64,000 nucleotides of DNA. Source: Candidatus Poseidoniales archaeon. GTDB lineage: Archaea > Thermoplasmatota > Poseidoniia > Poseidoniales > Thalassarchaeaceae. The stretch's first letter is position 1; each line of letters starts with the position of its first letter. Shown here one piece after another: positions 18,001-24,000 of the stretch. The stretch is taken from positions 37,234 to 101,233 of the forward strand of contig DUDF01000074.1 in NCBI GenBank assembly GCA_012959435.1, written 5' to 3'. The position numbers and the translations under genes were made by a program. The notes beneath the pieces were generated by a model that was given only the letters and a program-made list of their open reading frames with translations, was not told the origin of the DNA and made no database searches.

Positions 18001-21000
18001 ACTGACTTAGTTCTTGATGGATGCAAGTTGCACTTGAATGGAACAAAGATAATGATTAACCGCACAGCTAACAATAACCCAACAATCACTATCCAGAACG
18101 GAGGCGAACTTCTGCTCTCCGAAGGTGGTGGCGAAGTTGGTAACATGAAGGCAGTGACCAGCGCTTACGGCTGGGAGATGGAAATCCAAAAGGGCGGTAC
18201 TTTCGTTGTAGATAACGGATACATCCGAGGTATGCATCAGAACTCCAATACTGGAGGGGCGATGAATGTCGGTGAAGGAACGCTTGAGTTGAAGAATGGC
18301 GCCATAGTTTACGGTAGTCAAACAACTTCAGCAACAATGGCGACCATCAAGGTTGATGGAGGAACTCTGTTAGTTAACGATGCGAGTGTATACAATGCAC
18401 AGCAGACTGGTGTTGGTGTTTGGATAGAAAATTCCGGAACCAGCGCCATTCAGAACATCGGTGTAACTGGAGCAGCTACTGGCGTAATGATCAAGGATGC
18501 AGCCCCAGCAATTGACGGCTTCACCCTGAATGATAACACAGTTGGTGTAGAAATTGATGGCGGAATGACGCTACCAAGTATCTACCGTTCAACTCTACTA
18601 TCAGGTCACGCACGCGGTTGGGAAACTTACGAAATTGATTTGACTGGATTGGCAAGTAATTACAATTACATCCAATTCGGTTTCAACAACGTCTACATGG
18701 GCGGAAATGTCCACCCAATGTACAACTACTACACAAGTCGTTACTTCGCAATGCACGACCGAATGCGCATCGGACTCAATGATGGAATTGATGATGATGG
18801 TGATGGTTTTGGTGATCAGATTGAGAATTTCACAACGGATGCTGCTGGAAAAGCAATGACTGGATACTATGACTCCGGTTTCACTTCAAACGTTGGTGAC
18901 AGGAATAATCCAAATCATCCTTCAAGAAACGATGGATGGGCGACTTACGACTGCAATTACTACGGCTATCAATACAGCCCAGGTGGTTCCTATCAGTATG
19001 GTTACTACTACTACATGAACAACTACGGACCTTACACTAATTCAGGTAACTACTACGGTGCAAACTCTTACCCAAGCGACTTCGGGTACACAATCGAAAA
19101 GGCAGAGGGTCTGACAGGTTCACAGAACTACTACCCGTACGAGTACTGGGGTTACTACTACACACCATACCATGGTGGATATGGTGACTTCATGCCACCA
19201 GAGGGCTACAACGGTCTTTGGGGTAACTACAACGTATGTCTATCATACGCATACCGTTACCAGACACCTACACCAAACGGATGGCAAATGGCTTGGCCTA
19301 TTGTTGATGTTAGCAGTGCAAGTGTAACTGAGGCAGCAGCATACATCGATATCCTACACAACTACGCAGATTACTACGGAGACCGATATGACTTCGTATT
19401 CCGTGGTGGAAGCACTGTCAATGATTTGATGGACGCAAACTGGGGTAGAGAATTTGGAACTGCTACACTAGCAAATGGTGTAATTGATGGTTCAGATACA
19501 GGTATTCACCTTGCTGGCAACTATGCTGCTGGTAGTTTGAGCACTGTTACAGTCAATGACCCTGTGAATGAGGGTGTATTGGTTGACGGCAGTTCATCTG
19601 TTGAATTGGATGGCTTAACAGTCAACAACGGTCGCTATGGTGTCCGTACAACTGCAGCAGCAATTGGTTCATTGGAGTTGACTAACGCAGCTCTAGACAA
19701 CCAATCTCAAGACGGTATTGTTCTAGCATCTGGACTTAAGATGGACCTAAGTGGTTCAATCACCAATGCTGCAGGCGCTGCAATCAATGTTCTACCATCA
19801 AGTACGAAGGAATGGGGCTTCAATAGCCTAACTCTTACAGACAACAACATTGCTCTGAATAACGACGGTTCTGGAGAAGTTACCTGTACTGATTGTACTA
19901 CTGGTACCAATACAAACGATGTTGTAACATCAGGTTTGGTTACTTGGGTTGAAGGAGATATTGATCTAGCCACGGTGGTAGCGACGGGTTCAGGACTCTT
20001 GCAAAGAGCAAGGTTGCTGGACGTAACTATCACTGCAGATGGCAGCGGTGTCAGTGGAACTGGAGTGAGCATGATTGATGCCAATAGTAGACGCGTGGGC
20101 TCAGGTGAAACTGACGGTGCGGGTACAGTGAACGATATGCTGTTCCACACCAATTATGTTGATTCTTCGGGATGGACTGTGGTGAATTTAGCCGGATACG
20201 AAATAATGAGTGTTGCTAAAGTTGCTTACAGCACAACTGTTGCTGATTTCAGATATGCTAAAACTGGTATAACTTTGGTTGATGGGCCAGGTAACTCTGA
20301 TACGGTAGCACTGGTGGATCGGTTTGATGCACATGTTTGTTACAGTTGGACTTCAACTTCGTATAACGTGTTAGCATCTTGTGCTGGTGCCAATTATATT
20401 GGGACTGGGAGTTCTAGGACCAAATTGAATGGTGATGGTGCCGGAGGTACGATAACCGAATATGGTTACTTTGCAGCGATACCAACAGATATGACGAACA
20501 AAGCGATTCTAATTGACTCGCCTTACCTATATACTCCTACGAGTGGAGCATCATTCAATGGTTCAACAGTTATCGTTGCAGGATTCTACAACAATGAATG
20601 GTCTGATTTGTATGTACAAAATTATGCAGGTGATATCTACCTAGATGACACGACGTGGGCAGCAATTAGTCCGAAGGAAACAGCCTTCTTCAACTTAGGA
20701 TATTACGGTGGTTACAGTTACGGTAATTTCTTCGTTAACGATTCAACGCTGATTAACGTTGGTGCTGTTGGAAGTGGTGCTGGTTATTACAACCGTAACC
20801 CAGAGATGCATGTTACTAACAGCGTGTTAGTATCGTACTCTCAGTTGGATGATGTACAATCGGTATATCCAGAAGAAATCTGTATCCAGTCAGCTGGAAC
20901 AGATTATGGTGACTGGGAAGTTCATAACAACACTATGTACGACTGTACTGTTGGAATCATGATTTACTCTAACTACTATGCAACCAGCCCTGCCTATGGT

Positions 21001-24000
21001 GGATCTGGGACAGATGGTGCACACTGGGCTGACAACACAATGTATGACAGCACATACCTGCCAATCTGGATTTACCTACAATCTGATGCAGATGACTTAC
21101 TTATTGAAAACAACACTGTAACTGGCTCAAAGAGAGTACAATACGGTATCTACGCACAAGACAATCGTCTGAACAGTGTAGAGATTCGTGGTAACACTCT
21201 GTTGACTGCTGATGAACCTATCTACATGCGTAATGCTAAGAATTGGGACATCAACAATAACACAATCAAAGGTGATGCAAACTCAGCCCACTCTGGTATT
21301 TATGTCAGAAACGGTGAAGGTTCAATTGCAGATAACACACTGATTGATGCAGATGGCGGAATCAACGTTTACGGTATCCGCTCTGGATATGATGTGGATA
21401 TCTCAAGAAACACTGTTGGTGCATCTGGTGGACGTGTTTCACCAACTGCAACAGGTATCTATGTAGAGAACTGTGGACTTGCAGAAGTTACAATGTCAGG
21501 CAACCATGTCAGCACAACATCTAACGCTCTATTGTCAGATGGTTGTGACGTATCTGATGTTGGCAGTACATTCGCCAGCGCAGGTGGTTCAGCTTCACAG
21601 ATTCATTCTGTGGACATTGAGGCGTCTCAATTTAGTCCAACAATTAAGAACATCTCAACAGGTGATACAGTTCGATGGATATTGACTCAATACAACAGCG
21701 ATCCTAACAACTACCAGCACTCAACAACCAGTAACACCTCTGGACTTTGGGACAGCACACCATTGAACTTGGGCTCAACATTTGCCCACACGTTCACAAC
21801 TGCTGGCACCTATGAGTACCATTGTAGTGTTCACAGTTTCATGAGTGGTGTAGTCAATGTGGCAAACAGTACAGGTAGCAGCAACTTGCAAACATACGGA
21901 ATTGACATCCTTGACGGAAGCGAGGACATCTCCCTTGATGGTACTACCATCGGCGGATTTAGCCTAGCATACCGACAAGACGGTGGTTCTCTCAATGTAG
22001 AGGGCGGCTCAGTTGTCACAGGTGACAACGGTTTCGATTTGACCAATGTTGACATAACAGTTGACGGTCTAAGTGTATCTGCAGACAGTGGATTTGGTAT
22101 CGGTATGGACGTTTCGTCTGACACCGGTCGCCACACATTGGATGTTGCTAACATGGATACATCTGGTGGCATTGGTATGCTAGTTGATGGTCATGATGAT
22201 TTCCGCTGGAATGGCGGTGACTCAACTGCAACTACAACTTTGAAGACACTTAGTGGTGCATCAGGTACGATTGAGAACATGACTGTAACAACAGATGGTC
22301 CATGGAGATCCAACCACGGTGGAAGTATGACCCAGATTAATGCTGGAGCATACTCAACCATCACTAGCGTTGGAAACACACTCAATGAGAGTATGTTGAC
22401 CATTGGAACCAGTGCGGTCATTCACGAGGGTAACCTCCTTGACCTAACAGTTACACACATGGGTGGAGCAGCAAGCAACGTTGGATTGATGATTAAGTCA
22501 ACCGACCTTGGTCGCTCAGAATATGTCAGCCCATCGTGGCGCTCTAACATCATCTCCGTTGGAGAAGGTGCAAATGGTGCAGCAGCAGTTACTGACTGGT
22601 TCGTAAGTCATCCACTTGGAGCGTATAACATTGCAGACGATGCAATGCCTGGTCCAGTTGCGGTCAACCCTGACCCAACTAGCCAAGCAATGGGATACAT
22701 GACTTGGGATAACTCAAATCTGTACATCGCGCTAACTGGAGTGACTTTCTTGGTCACAGACGGTATGTGGTATCTTGATACCCAGCAAGGTGGTTCAAAC
22801 GTTGGTGACAATTGGTATGTCAGTCACAATCTGCCATTCGAGGCAGATTATATGCTATGGGCAGAGGACCTAAACAACTGGGGTATCCGTAAGGTTATGC
22901 CTGGTGGAAACTGGGTTGATGTTACAGCAGCATGTAATGGTATGCAAGCAGCACCTGGTTTCGGTTACCCAGGAGTCACTCCAACATGGAGTGGTATCTC
23001 TGAGTTCGCAATCCCATGGGACTGTATTGGAAGCCCAACAGGACGAATCAAGACTCTAGCAATCATCCAGAACGAAAACTCTGGTCACGTGCTTGGTGTT
23101 TATCCACCACAGCTATGGAACCAGACTAGTGGAGCCGCTCAGACATTCGGTGACTTCGGTACACTGCAATTGACTGGTAGCGATTTGGCTGATGGTACTC
23201 TAGATGATTACCTGCTAATCCACCGAACCTTCACAGCGACTGGCGCAACAACACCTCGCGCATACGATGTGACTGTTAAGGTACGAGACGCAGATAACAT
23301 CTATTGGGACTGGGGTACACATAGTTCGCTAGCAATGGATCAGAATCAGGATATCACAATTGATATCTTACGAGCAAAGCCAGCTATTGCTGACTTGGTC
23401 GATGTATCATACGATGAAGATTCAGGGGCGCATACTGTGACGTTGACTGATAAGGCTGCAGATTACCAGCAGCCATCGAGTACACTGTCATGGACTGTAA
23501 CTAACGATGCTACAAACCCAAGCAATGCAACATCACCATACGCCTACGATTTGACTGGTCAGACAATGACCATCACTCCAGATGCGAATGAGTTTGGCAA
23601 CCAGAGACTATTCTTGGTTGTCACTGATGGACATGGCTTGTACAGCACTCAGTCAATGCTTGTTGGAGTAGAGAACGTCAATGACGCACCAGTAATCAAC
23701 AACCCACGACACTCAGCCGGCCTACCAGTATTTACTGAAGGCATTGATGTCAATGGTAATGCGGTTTACAACTCATACGATGAACCTCAGAGGACACATC
23801 CAGTGACCGGTGAGGAGAGAGAATGGGATCTGTTAACCAAGTTCTTGGGTGGCGCATCTGGTGAAGGATTTGTTCAAGATTTGGGACTCGGCGATGGTCT
23901 AGCGAATGAGCAAGACAGGAATGCTGACAACAACACTGAGCAAGCACCTCAAACCTACACATGGACAGCAGTTACTGACCCAGTAGATTGTACACCATTC

